From Vibrio cholerae ATCC 14035 (GTDB lineage Bacteria; Pseudomonadota; Gammaproteobacteria; Enterobacterales; Vibrionaceae), in NCBI RefSeq assembly GCF_000621645.1, contig NZ_JHXR01000003.1:1-32000 (forward strand): DNA of 32,000 nt, written 5' to 3'. The position numbers were made by a program, and so were the translations under genes. This document shows positions 18,654 through 27,400 of this stretch, piece after piece. Each line of letters begins with the position of its first letter. The stretch's first letter is position 1. The notes beneath the pieces are model-generated. The model saw only the letters and a list, made by a program, of their open reading frames with translations, had not been told where the DNA came from and ran no database searches.

Positions 18654-18894
18654 GATTAATGAACTCTTTTAGCATAACTAAAGATGAGTCAACTCAGGTG
18701 ACCATCGAGGTGGAACTATAGGTAAACCCAAAACAAGATTCAAGCCTTTCCCGTCGCAACCCGAGAAATGGACGTTTGAAAACTCACGATTTGGACAATT
18801 TGTGCAAAAGCTAAGCACCAACTGCAGGCGAGCGTTTTCGCTCTGGCAATGAAGTGGTAGGATTGGGCTACCTTTCTCGGTTAGTGAATCCAAT

Positions 18895-19470
18895 ATGAGC
18901 AAAAATAGACTTCCTGCTTACCCAGCTTTAGCCAATGAGCTGCGTAGCGCTTCTCTCGGTATTAATCCTGCCGAGCTACAAGGGTTACTGACGGGGATGT
19001 TGTCCGGCGGTTTAAGCCTCAATGATAAAAGCTGGCAAGCCTTGGTTTTCGATTACACCAACGATGGCATGGGCTGGCCAATTGGTGCATTAGCCAGCGC
19101 AGAGCAGATTCTGCTGGCGATGAGTGCGCAGTTGGTGGATACCGATTTTGAGCTTTCATTACTCCTACCTGAAGGCGAGGGCGAGGAAGCCTTGTTTGAG
19201 CTCGCGGATGCGGTTGCGGAATGGATTAACCACTTTATTTCTGGATTAGGTTTGAGTGGCGCCAATCTGAAGCACGCCTCTGTTGAAGCGAAAGAAGCAT
19301 TAGAGGATCTGGAAGAGATGTCGAAATTAGGCATCGATGAAGAGGATGACTTAGCCGAGCAAGCAGAATTATTGGAACAAGTGATCGAACATATCAAAGC
19401 CTGTGTATTGGTATTACATGCGGAATTTGGTGTCAAACCAGAGCAAGACACTAAGCCCACCGTTCACTAA
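18895..19470 (+). CDS. ygfB: UPF0149 family protein YgfB (191 aa)
   Basis: It is collinear with E. coli YgfB (…[15 protein letters not shown]…, acidic C-terminal half, ending …KPTVH versus E. coli …KPTLH). Confidence 0.9.
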
Positions 19471-19490
19471 GTCAACAGAAAGGAAGCGCA

Positions 19491-20699
19491 ATGACGGACA
19501 GCCAGCAGCCCAATATCAGTAAGCCTATCAGTTTTGATGTGATCATTGCGGGGGGGGCAATGGCGGGGGCAACATTAGCGCTCGCGTTGCAGCACCTCAG
19601 CCAAGGTAAACTGAAGGTCGCCGTGATAGAGGCGTTTGCGACCGATCATTCTGCGCATCCCGGTTTTGATGCGCGCAGCATTGCGCTCTCCTACGGTACG
19701 GTACAAATCCTGCAGGAATTACAACTTTGGCCTAGCCTACAGCCTTTTGCGACTGCGATTAAACATATCCATGTCTCGGATCAGTCTCATGCAGGGATGA
19801 CGGATATTCACTGTGAGACGCTTGGGGTTAGCGCTCTAGGTTATGTGGTTGAACTGGCGGATGTGGGGCGCGTTTACGCCGAGCGCATGGCTCAGTGTTC
19901 TGCCATCCAACAATTTGTGCCAAGCCGAGTGGTGAATATTACCCGTGAACAAGAGTCGGTCACGGTCCAACTCAACACTAAAGAGACCTTGCAAGGTAAG
20001 CTGCTTGTGGCGGCAGATGGTGCGCTGTCGACGTGTTGCCAAGCGCTGGGCCTTGCGATGCAGGAGCACGATTTTGAACAAGTCGCGCTGATCGCCAATA
20101 TCACCAGCGCGCAACCTCATGCAGGGCGAGCTTTTGAGCGTTTTACACCGCATGGCCCTGTTGCCTTGCTACCAATGAGCCAAGATCGCTTGTCTTTAGT
20201 TTGGTGTCTGCCACCAGAGCAAGTTGCGCACTGGCTGCATTGCAGCGAAGCTGAGTTCTTACAAGGCTTACAACAAGCCTTTGGTTGGCGGCTTGGCGCC
20301 TTGACCCATGCAGGTGAGAGAAGTGTTTATCCACTGGTTTTGCGCTATCGTGAGCAAACGGTCTCTCACCGTTTTGCTATTGTGGGCAATGCGGCGCAAA
20401 CCTTACACCCGATTGCAGGACAAGGTTTTAACCTTGGTATTCGTGATGTGGCGACTTTAGCCGAAGAGATTACGCGCAGCGACGATGCGGGTGAGTACGC
20501 GCTACTGCAGCGTTATTTTCAGCGTCGCCAAGCCGATCGCACGGCAACCATCAGCCTGACTACAGGATTAGTACACACTTTCTCGAATGACTGGTTAGCG
20601 ATGCGAATGGGGCGTAACCTTGGTCTAATGGCGATGGATAATTTGCCGTTATTGAAAGCTCCGTTATTGCGCCGCACTCTCGGCATAGTGAACCGTTAA
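19491..20699 (+). CDS. ubiH: 2-octaprenyl-6-methoxyphenol hydroxylase, FAD-dependent (402 aa)
   Basis: It has the FAD fingerprint VIIAGGAMAGATLALA, and ...VAADG..S..., GNAAQTLHPIAGQGFNLGIRD. It is collinear with E. coli UbiH. Confidence 0.93.
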   Translation: MTDSQQPNISKPISFDVIIAGGAMAGATLALALQHLSQGKLKVAVIEAFATDHSAHPGFDARSIALSYGTVQILQELQLWPSLQPFATAIKHIHVSDQSHAGMTDIHCETLGVSALGYVVELADVGRVYAERMAQCSAIQQFVPSRVVNITREQESVTVQLNTKETLQGKLLVAADGALSTCCQALGLAMQEHDFEQVALIANITSAQPHAGRAFERFTPHGPVALLPMSQDRLSLVWCLPPEQVAHWLHCSEAEFLQGLQQAFGWRLGALTHAGERSVYPLVLRYREQTVSHRFAIVGNAAQTLHPIAGQGFNLGIRDVATLAEEITRSDDAGEYALLQRYFQRRQADRTATISLTTGLVHTFSNDWLAMRMGRNLGLMAMDNLPLLKAPLLRRTLGIVNR

Positions 20700-20710
20700 T
20701 AGGTAAAAGA

Positions 20711-21940
20711 ATGATGCAAAGCGTTGATGTTGTAATTATCGGTGGCGGTATGGTCGGCCTAGCGTTAGCGGCGGCTCTAAAAGAGAGTGACCTACGCATT
20801 GCTGTGGTTGAGAACCAATTACCGGAAGAGGCGCTAAACCCGCTGCCGGATGTGCGCGTTTCTGCCTTGAGTCGCTCAAGTGAGATTGTGCTGCGTAATC
20901 TTAATGCTTGGGCGGGCATTGAAGCGCGCCGCGCTGCGCCCTACATCGCGATGGAAGTGTGGGAGCAAGATAGTTTTGCGCGGATTGAATTTAAAGCCAA
21001 TGAGATGACGCAGCCTAATCTGGGACACATTGTTGAAAACCGAGTCATTCAGTTGGCGCTGTTCGAGCAAGTTCAGCAGCAAGCCAATGTGACACTGCAT
21101 GTGCCTGCGACCTGTCAGAGCATCGCCGTGGGTGAAAGCGAAGCATGGCTAACCTTGAGTAATGGCCAAGCCTTGAGCGCAAAATTGGTCGTAGGGGCCG
21201 ATGGCGCAAACTCTTGGTTGCGTCGACAAATGGATATTCCTTTGACTCATTGGGATTATGGACACAGTGCTTTGGTGGCCAATGTGCGTACCAGTGATCC
21301 GCACAATAAAGTCGCGCGCCAGATTTTTACTGCCCAAGGACCGTTAGCCTTTCTCCCCATGTCTGAGCCGCATATGAGTTCGATTGTGTGGTCGACAGAG
21401 CCTTCACGCGCTGAAGCTTTGCTCAATATGAATGATGTGCAGTTTAACAAAGCGCTGACCGCAGAATTCGATGCACGATTAGGCCGCTGTGAAGTAGTGG
21501 GCGAGCGGCAGGCTTTCCCACTTAAGATGCGTTATGCCCGTGATTTTGTTGCGCCTCGGGTTGCTCTCGTCGGGGATGCCGCGCACACCATTCATCCGCT
21601 GGCTGGGCAGGGAGTGAACTTAGGTTTACTGGATGCTGCCTGTTTGGCACAAGAGCTGCTGAGCTTATGGCAGCAAAATCGCGACATTGGTGATGAGCGT
21701 AATTTGCGCCATTATGAGCGCTGGCGGAAAGCGGAAGCTGCCAAAATGATTGCGGCGATGCAAGGTTTCCGCGATCTGTTTGAGGGGGATAACCCTGCTA
21801 AGAAACTGATCCGTGGGATCGGCATGCGTCTGGTTGGTCAATTGCCGGGTGCCAAAGATGAAATCATGAAACGCGCACTAGGCCTGAAGGGCGATCTGCC
21901 TGAGCTGGCGAAGCAGGTTTGGTTAGAGCGTGCCTACTGA
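20711..21940 (+). CDS. ubiI: 2-octaprenylphenol hydroxylase UbiI/VisC (409 aa)
   Basis: MMQSVDVVIIGGGMVGLALA..., GADGANSWLR and GDAAHTIHPLAGQGVNLG are collinear with E. coli UbiI. The start could be the second ATG (20714). Confidence 0.92.
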   Translation: MMQSVDVVIIGGGMVGLALAAALKESDLRIAVVENQLPEEALNPLPDVRVSALSRSSEIVLRNLNAWAGIEARRAAPYIAMEVWEQDSFARIEFKANEMTQPNLGHIVENRVIQLALFEQVQQQANVTLHVPATCQSIAVGESEAWLTLSNGQALSAKLVVGADGANSWLRRQMDIPLTHWDYGHSALVANVRTSDPHNKVARQIFTAQGPLAFLPMSEPHMSSIVWSTEPSRAEALLNMNDVQFNKALTAEFDARLGRCEVVGERQAFPLKMRYARDFVAPRVALVGDAAHTIHPLAGQGVNLGLLDAACLAQELLSLWQQNRDIGDERNLRHYERWRKAEAAKMIAAMQGFRDLFEGDNPAKKLIRGIGMRLVGQLPGAKDEIMKRALGLKGDLPELAKQVWLERAY

Positions 21941-21968
21941 TTGAATAAAAAGTTCAACAAATAAAAAG

Positions 21969-21991
21969 GGTTGGCAGTGCCAACCATTTTT
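21969..21991. terminator. Bidirectional Rho-independent terminator between convergent ubiI and the YtfK-like gene
   Basis: ggttggc-agt-gccaacc is flanked by aaaaa on the left and atttt on the right, so a U-run follows the hairpin on both strands. Confidence 0.75.
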
Positions 21992-22040
21992 ACATTAAAT
22001 CGCTTTATATTAAATCGAATGCTATTGAGTGTTTGCTTGT

Positions 22041-22247
22041 TTATGCATAAGCGCAACGCAGCTTCATGATCTCTTGATTGACTTCTTTTACGGTCTGATA
22101 GTGGCGCTGATCCGCTTTCTCTGGCAGCTTTAACTTGCCATTATCGAACTCGAATTTACCGACGCCAAAGATATAAATCCTACCTTTAAACAGACGGCTC
22201 ACGTGTTTAGCAATCATACCTGGTGTATAGCGCTTAAACAGTCTCAT
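22041..22247 (-). CDS. Small DUF1107/YtfK-like protein (68 aa from the internal ATG)
   Basis: MRLFKRYTPGMIAKHVSRLFKGRIYIFGVGKFEFDNGKLKLPEK... has the size and sequence pattern I remember for E. coli YtfK (68 aa). The SD aagga sits 8 nt upstream of the ATG at 22247, while the ORF-track start at 22274 has none. The family assignment is from memory only. Confidence 0.6.
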   Translation of the reverse strand: MRLFKRYTPGMIAKHVSRLFKGRIYIFGVGKFEFDNGKLKLPEKADQRHYQTVKEVNQEIMKLRCAYA

Positions 22248-22534
22248 ACTTCGATCCTTGCGTTGTTCTGGCACTGCTTAGTATAGAAAAACCTAAACAA
22301 AAATAGTGTGATAGGTTTGGTGGAATAAGCAGTACTTACTGATTATTTGGAATATCTGTGCAGAATGAATCAAAACTGCAGTCAAATATCCAGAATCATG
22401 TGACCAAATTTACAAATTCTTCTGATGTTCTCAGCGGTAACTGATGAACAGCCCGTATTAAGCCAGCCTCTTATGACACTTTAAAGAATAGTCGTAAAAA
22501 TTCTGAACAGGCAAGTTGATTGTAAAATAATTGT

Positions 22535-22560
22535 AAAAAAATGCCCGCATTTGGGCGGGC
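22535..22560 (-). terminator. Orphan Rho-independent terminator inside the ytfK-like/ygfZ spacer
   Basis: Minus strand: gcccgc-ccaaat-gcgggc, then a, then ttttttt. The stem is all G/C with 6 bp and is followed by a U7 tract. It lies about 320 nt downstream of the ygfZ stop, with no annotated ORF in between. Confidence 0.75.
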
Positions 22561-22880
22561 GAATAGTCACAGATGCATTACACAAAAAGTGGATAACTCG
22601 AATGCTCAGTTAATTCACTTTCTGTTGACGAGAGAGTGAGCAAACTTGGGTGCTCATTGCTCTCCTCAACGGTTTATAGCCTAGAGGATTGTTTTGGTTT
22701 TGACTATTTATGTTTTTAATTTAATTTTAAATTCATAAATAAGTATTGGTTTGTTTGAAGAGACTCGCGTGAAGATGCAACGAGCAATAGTGTGTTGCAG
22801 CGAAGCTGAGAAGGGAGCCTGATGAGGGAGAGTTTGAGCTGCCGATTCAGGCAGCTCAAGTCGGTTTCGATGAATGATCG

Positions 22881-23852
22881 CTATTCTTCACTGAGTGAAT
22901 AGGGTAGCGGTTGGATATGCCAACGGGTGTCTGGTTGAGCAGCTAGACGCAGCTCGACATCGTGCTCAAGATCGTTGGGCAGGACGATCAAACCGATCGC
23001 TATTGAATCGGTAAAACGATAATAAGTCAGTAGTGCGCCCGCGCTACGCCAGTTTTCTCCGACAGCGCGTTCAAGAACCACCGGCTCATCTTGGCTCAGT
23101 GGCGCACTCAGATTACCTTTGACTATGTACATGGCGCGCTTATTGATGCCGCGATATTTGGCACGTGCCACAGTCTCTTGCCCTGTGTAACAACCTTTAG
23201 TAAAACTGATACCGTCAACGGCTTGCACATTGAGTGCTTGCGGAATGTGTTCATTTTGAGCCGTTTGGGTAACGACAGGCACGGCCTCTTCAATATCCAT
23301 GCGTGTCCACAGCGATTGCTCGACATGCAGTCCTTGCCAAGCATTGACGTATTGCTCCGCCTGTTCGGCATTCACCAACAGCAGCCAGCGCTGTGGACTC
23401 ATACGCACGGCTGTACCGCCTGCGATACGGCGTACATCGCCAGTCGTTTCACTCACAGTATCAATCCAAGCGTCGGCTTGACTGCCCATCACACCTAGAG
23501 CGATATCGCTGCTTTCGGCAATCGTCACTTTAGAGAAGATGGCGTATTTCTTCAGCTCGCGCAGTTCGACTTCCATCGCCGATTGCGGTTGAAACATCGC
23601 GTAGCCATCGTGATGATGAAACAAGCGAAATACCGACCATACCTTACCTTTGGCATCACAGTGTGCACCAAAGGTGACTTGCTGCTCTTGCAAAGAAACC
23701 ACATTGCAGGTGACTTGGCCTTGCAGATACGCTTTTTTATCGGTACCGACCAGCGTGATGGCTCCCCATCCAGTGAGATGCGTGAGCATCAGTTCAGGGA
23801 GAGGATCGTGAGAAGAAAGATTGAGTACTGAAAAACGATTTTGCCAGTCCAT
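22881..23852 (-). CDS. ygfZ: Folate-binding Fe-S cluster repair / tRNA-modification protein YgfZ (323 aa)
   Basis: It is collinear with E. coli YgfZ (…[13 protein letters not shown]…, [34 protein letters not shown], ending [11 protein letters not shown]). The start is placed at MDWQNRF (ATG 23852) by length comparison with the 326-aa E. coli protein. The ORF-track start at 23981 adds 43 unsupported residues. Confidence 0.9.
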   Translation of the reverse strand: MDWQNRFSVLNLSSHDPLPELMLTHLTGWGAITLVGTDKKAYLQGQVTCNVVSLQEQQVTFGAHCDAKGKVWSVFRLFHHHDGYAMFQPQSAMEVELRELKKYAIFSKVTIAESSDIALGVMGSQADAWIDTVSETTGDVRRIAGGTAVRMSPQRWLLLVNAEQAEQYVNAWQGLHVEQSLWTRMDIEEAVPVVTQTAQNEHIPQALNVQAVDGISFTKGCYTGQETVARAKYRGINKRAMYIVKGNLSAPLSQDEPVVLERAVGENWRSAGALLTYYRFTDSIAIGLIVLPNDLEHDVELRLAAQPDTRWHIQPLPYSLSEE

Positions 23853-24004
23853 GTTGTTCACCACTGAGGAAAAAAGTCTCGCTATGTTAATCTGGATCAA
23901 CTTTTTTGTCAGCTTGAACAGGGACTGTGACTGAGTTACTAGTTGTCTGTCTGCACCCTTGTTACACTCCGAATCAAACAAAAACCATAAGGTGAGGAAT
24001 ACTG

Positions 24005-24265
24005 ATGTACACCGCTGAACAAAAAGCGCGAATCAAATGGGCATGCCGTCGTGGTATGTTGGAGCTTGATGTGGTCATCATGCCATTTTTCGAAGAGTGT
24101 TTTGATTCACTGACCGAGTCTGAGCAGGACGACTTTGTGGCTTTACTGGAAAGTGACGACCCTGATCTGTTTGCTTGGGTGATGGGACATGGCCGCTGTG
24201 AGAATTTAGGCCTTGCTGCGATGGTGGATAAGATTGTCGCTCATAACCTCAGCAAAGTCCGTTAA
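24005..24265 (+). CDS. sdhE: FAD assembly factor SdhE (YgfY/CptB) (86 aa)
   Basis: It carries the RGMLELD motif ([19 protein letters not shown]) and DD.DLF.W, and it is divergent from ygfZ as in E. coli. Confidence 0.93.
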   Translation: MYTAEQKARIKWACRRGMLELDVVIMPFFEECFDSLTESEQDDFVALLESDDPDLFAWVMGHGRCENLGLAAMVDKIVAHNLSKVR

Positions 24266-24659
24266 GCTTCTGTTTATCCCTTCCTTTTACGCTCAGATCA
24301 TCGCATTGCTGATTATGCTGTTGATGCTCTGGGCGTTATTCGTTTCTTCTATTCCCTTGGTGTTGGTGCCCTATTTTGCCGCTTGGATCTGGCGTGGTCA
24401 TCTCCACAGCCAATGGATGCCGGCGAGTTTGGTCGGCAATGTGGAACTCACCTTTGCTGGCGTATTCGAGCAAGAGGGGCGGCGTGAGACCTTTCATTCG
24501 GTACATACGCTTTATGCTCCGCTGTTTATCTGCTTACAAGGGCAGGGCAAGCGTTGGTTTATCTGGCGTGATAGCTGCGATGAAAGCACCTATCGGCAAT
24601 TGTTAGTGCGATTAAAACGGGAGCTCAATGGCTCCCGTGATCGTGCGCAGATCTCTTGA
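24213..24659 (+). CDS. ygfX: Inner-membrane protein YgfX (CptA-like); start uncertain
   Basis: It is downstream of sdhE as in E. coli, with two N-terminal hydrophobic helices (AQIIALLIMLLMLWALFV, IPLVLVPYFAAWIW) and then a soluble tail ending WRDSCDESTYRQLLVRLK (E. coli: …DEAEWRDLRRIL). The first ATG (24213) overlaps sdhE by 53 nt. A later non-ATG start is possible. Confidence 0.7.
   Translation: MLRWWIRLSLITSAKSVKLLFIPSFYAQIIALLIMLLMLWALFVSSIPLVLVPYFAAWIWRGHLHSQWMPASLVGNVELTFAGVFEQEGRRETFHSVHTLYAPLFICLQGQGKRWFIWRDSCDESTYRQLLVRLKRELNGSRDRAQIS
24614..24637 (-). terminator. Candidate nadB terminator embedded in the 3' end of the convergent ygfX CDS
   Basis: Minus strand: cgggagc-cattga-gctcccg followed by tttta. 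It lies 47 nt after the nadB stop. Confidence 0.5.
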
Positions 24660-24683
24660 TTGCTGTTGCAAGCGGAGAGAGCG

Positions 24684-26291
24684 TTATTTTTCCGGCACAA
24701 GAATCGTTGGGCCACTCTCTGCCAGTTGATCTGGATAGTCCAACGTGTAGTGTAAGCCGCGACTTTCTTTGCGTTGCATCGCGCAACGCACCATCAATTC
24801 AGCGACTTGCAGTAAGTTACGCATCTCAAGGAGGTTGTTTGACACACGGAAGTTGCTGTAATACTCGTGGGTCTCCTGTTGCAGTAGCTGAATGCGGCGC
24901 ATTGCTCGTTCCAAACGCTTGTTGGTGCGCACGATTCCCATGTAGTCCCACATAAAGAGGCGCAGTTCGTGCCAGTTATGCTGCAAAACCACTTCCTCAT
25001 CAGAACAGGTGACTTGGCTTTCATCCCAAGCTGGGAGTGACTCTGGCATGCTTGCGTTGGGCAACTGAGCAATGATGTCTTGTGACGCTGACCATGCGTA
25101 TACCACGCATTCTAGAAGAGAGTTTGAGGCCATACGGTTTGCGCCGTGTAAGCCGGTGTAGCTCACTTCGCCAATCGCATACAACTGCTTAAGATCCGTT
25201 TGACCTTGCGGATTCACCATCACGCCACCACACGTATAGTGCGCCGCAGGAACGATGGGGATCGGTTCTTTGGTCATATCAATGCCCAAATCCATCAAGC
25301 GTGAGTAAATGGTGGGGAAGTGTTTTTCGATAAAGTCAGCAGGCTTATGGCTGATGTCGAGATACATACAGTCCGCGCCTAAACGCTTCATTTCAAAGTC
25401 GATCGCGCGTGCCACGATATCACGCGGAGCCAGCTCAGCTCGTTCATCGAAATCCGGCATAAAGCGGCTGCCATCTGGGCGGCGCAAATAAGCGCCTTCA
25501 CCACGCAGCGCTTCGGTAAGTAGGAAGTTACGTGCTTCTGGATGGTATAAACAGGTTGGGTGGAACTGGTTGAACTCTAGGTTGGCCACACGGCAGCCCG
25601 CACGCCACGCCATGGCAATGCCATCACCAGAAGAAACATCAGGGTTAGAGGTGTACTGATACACCTTAGATGCCCCGCCAGTCGCCAACACCACAAATTT
25701 GGCGCGAATCGTTTCTACGTGTTCCGCATTACGATTCCATACATAGGCGCCAACGACTTTGTTGGCATCACCGCCGATTTTATCTTCAGTGATCAAATCC
25801 AGCGCATTGTGTCTTTCAAGTACCGTAATGTTGGGATGGTTGTGGGCGTTATCTTGCAAGGACGTCTGCATTGCCATCCCTGTGGCATCGGCAGCGTGCA
25901 AAATACGGCGATGGCTGTGACCGCCTTCGCGGGTCAAGTGGTAGCGTGGGTGGTCGTTATCGCTGTCCTCTTCTTTGTCAAAAGGTACACCGCCATCAAT
26001 CAGCCACTGCACGCACTCTTTGGCATGCTCGGCAATAAAGCGCACGGTTTGTTCATCACAAATCCCAGCACCTGCAATTAAGGTGTCCTGCACATGCGAT
26101 TCAATACTGTCCGATTCATCAAAGACTGCTGCAATACCGCCTTGTGCATAAAAAGTCGCGCCTTCACTGCGCGGCCCTTTGCTTAATACAATCACTTTTC
26201 CGTATTGAGCGACCTGTAAAGCAAGCGATAAGCCTGCTGCGCCACTTCCTATGACTAATACATCACATTGATGCTCTCGGTCTGCATTCAT
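24684..26291 (-). CDS. nadB: L-aspartate oxidase (535 aa from ATG 26291)
   Basis: It is collinear with E. coli NadB throughout ([72 protein letters not shown]). The start is placed at [11 protein letters not shown] by alignment with E. coli MNTLPEHSCDV. The ORF-track start at 26336 adds 15 residues. Confidence 0.93.
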   Translation of the reverse strand: MNADREHQCDVLVIGSGAAGLSLALQVAQYGKVIVLSKGPRSEGATFYAQGGIAAVFDESDSIESHVQDTLIAGAGICDEQTVRFIAEHAKECVQWLIDGGVPFDKEEDSDNDHPRYHLTREGGHSHRRILHAADATGMAMQTSLQDNAHNHPNITVLERHNALDLITEDKIGGDANKVVGAYVWNRNAEHVETIRAKFVVLATGGASKVYQYTSNPDVSSGDGIAMAWRAGCRVANLEFNQFHPTCLYHPEARNFLLTEALRGEGAYLRRPDGSRFMPDFDERAELAPRDIVARAIDFEMKRLGADCMYLDISHKPADFIEKHFPTIYSRLMDLGIDMTKEPIPIVPAAHYTCGGVMVNPQGQTDLKQLYAIGEVSYTGLHGANRMASNSLLECVVYAWSASQDIIAQLPNASMPESLPAWDESQVTCSDEEVVLQHNWHELRLFMWDYMGIVRTNKRLERAMRRIQLLQQETHEYYSNFRVSNNLLEMRNLLQVAELMVRCAMQRKESRGLHYTLDYPDQLAESGPTILVPEK

Positions 26292-26670
26292 AAAATTGCC
26301 AATTCCCAAACTGTAGCGAGTCATCCAACTCGACATTTCTTTAAATTCCTCAAAGAGTTGTTTTCTTTAGAGGAAAAAAACACCGCATCGATTGAGCAGA
26401 CATGCCACTGTGCACAATCAAGTGGCAAGAAATTATCGAAAAATTCGGATCGTTGATACGGTGTAAGTCCTGCTATTATCATCGCGCTAAATGCAATAGT
26501 TTGTAAATCTTATTGTCATGTTAGCGGTTGCACTCTATTAATCCGCTGCATTCACCACTATATAAAGAGTGAAGCGCACGTGATGTATGGGGAATACCTA
26601 TCTACGCGAGAGGCAACGGGTGAAAATGCTGCCTTGATAAGGTTTTGAGTAAAATATTTCACCCAATAAT

Positions 26671-26698
26671 GAACTTTCTCGATAATGCCGAGTCTCTA
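26671..26698 (+). promoter_or_regulatory. Sigma-E-type promoter upstream of rpoE (autoregulated P2-like)
   Basis: GAACTT (26671-26676), a 16-nt spacer, then TCTCTA(AA) (26693-26698), against the sigma-E consensus GGAACTT-N16-TCnnA. It lies about 100 nt upstream of the rpoE ATG. Autoregulation of rpoE by sigma-E is established in E. coli and V. cholerae. Confidence 0.65.
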
Positions 26699-26796
26699 AA
26701 GGTGCTCATGCAAGTAGTGGTGTCAATATTACAATTCGCATAATGAGTACCCATATCTGAGAAGGTAGGGGAATAACAATAGGAGTGACCGCTCGA

Positions 26797-27369
26797 ATGA
26801 ACGAGCAACTGACCGATCAAGTGTTGATTGAGCGAGTTCAGAATGGGGATAAGCAAGCATTTAACCTTTTGGTTTTGAGATATCAAAATAAAGTGTGCAA
26901 CCTTATTTCCCGGTATGTAAGCAATTCCGGTGATGTGGCTGATGTAGCGCAGGAAGCGTTTATTAAAGCGTATCGAGCCATTCCAACCTTTCGTGGCGAG
27001 AGTGCGTTTTACACTTGGTTGTACCGTATTGCTGTTAATACCGCGAAAAATCACATTGTTGCGCAAAGCCGACGCCCACCCGCAAGTGATGTTGATGCTG
27101 AAGAAGCTGAATTCTATGAAGGTGGTGACGCATTAAAAGAATTATCGAACCCGGAGAACATTACGTTGTCCAAAGAGTTGAAGAAGACTGTGTTCGATGC
27201 AATTGATGCGTTACCGGATGATTTAAAAACGGCAATGACGTTGCGCGAGCTTGATGGCTTGAGTTACGAGGAAATTGCGGAAGTGATGGATTGCCCTGTT
27301 GGTACAGTGCGTTCACGAATTTTCCGCGCTCGTGAGGCGGTAGAGAAGAAAATCAAACCTCTTCTGTAA
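26797..27369 (+). CDS. rpoE: ECF sigma factor sigma-E (190 aa)
   Basis: MNEQLTDQVLIERVQNGDKQAFNLLVLRYQNKV... is nearly identical to E. coli RpoE (MSEQLTDQVLVERVQKGDQKAFNLLVVRYQHKV). ATG 26797 was chosen by alignment. The GTG at 26785 from the ORF track overlaps the SD aggag. Confidence 0.96.
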   Translation: MNEQLTDQVLIERVQNGDKQAFNLLVLRYQNKVCNLISRYVSNSGDVADVAQEAFIKAYRAIPTFRGESAFYTWLYRIAVNTAKNHIVAQSRRPPASDVDAEEAEFYEGGDALKELSNPENITLSKELKKTVFDAIDALPDDLKTAMTLRELDGLSYEEIAEVMDCPVGTVRSRIFRAREAVEKKIKPLL

Positions 27370-27400
27370 CGCAAATTCCGTAATGACTATGGTGAATAGA

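Noticed and set aside
18678-18902. 74-aa minus-strand ORF in the zapA-ygfB divergent spacer.
   Set aside because: It has no recognisable family similarity or SD. It overlaps the ygfB start and occupies what should be the two divergent promoters. It is probably spurious, though it cannot be fully excluded without expression data.
19470-19491. Absence of pepP between ygfB and ubiH. From memory, E. coli has ygfB-pepP-ubiH-ubiI.
   Set aside because: The 20-nt junction is clean, with no gene remnant. This is most simply a lineage-specific gene-order difference and not a feature of this sequence.
22822-22902. 26-codon plus-strand ORF ([26 protein letters not shown]) preceded by aagggag.
   Set aside because: SD spacing is short. 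The ORF is mostly the hairpin after ygfZ read on the opposite strand, and it runs convergently into the ygfZ 3' end. There is no supporting feature.
23853-23981. N-terminal extensions suggested by the ORF track for ygfZ (43 aa), nadB (15 aa, 26292..26336), rpoE (4 aa, from GTG 26785), rseA (6 aa, from 27383) and the YtfK-like gene (9 aa, 22248..22274).
   Set aside because: Alignment by memory with the E. coli orthologues and the SD positions favour the internal starts. The extensions have no homologous counterpart.
26337-26670. Small Cys-containing 33-codon plus-strand ORF (ATG at about 26403) and several short inverted repeats in the nadB-rpoE spacer.
   Set aside because: There is no SD and no family resemblance. 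The region is expected to hold the divergent nadB and rpoE P1 promoters. I could not support a specific call beyond the sigma-E-type promoter.
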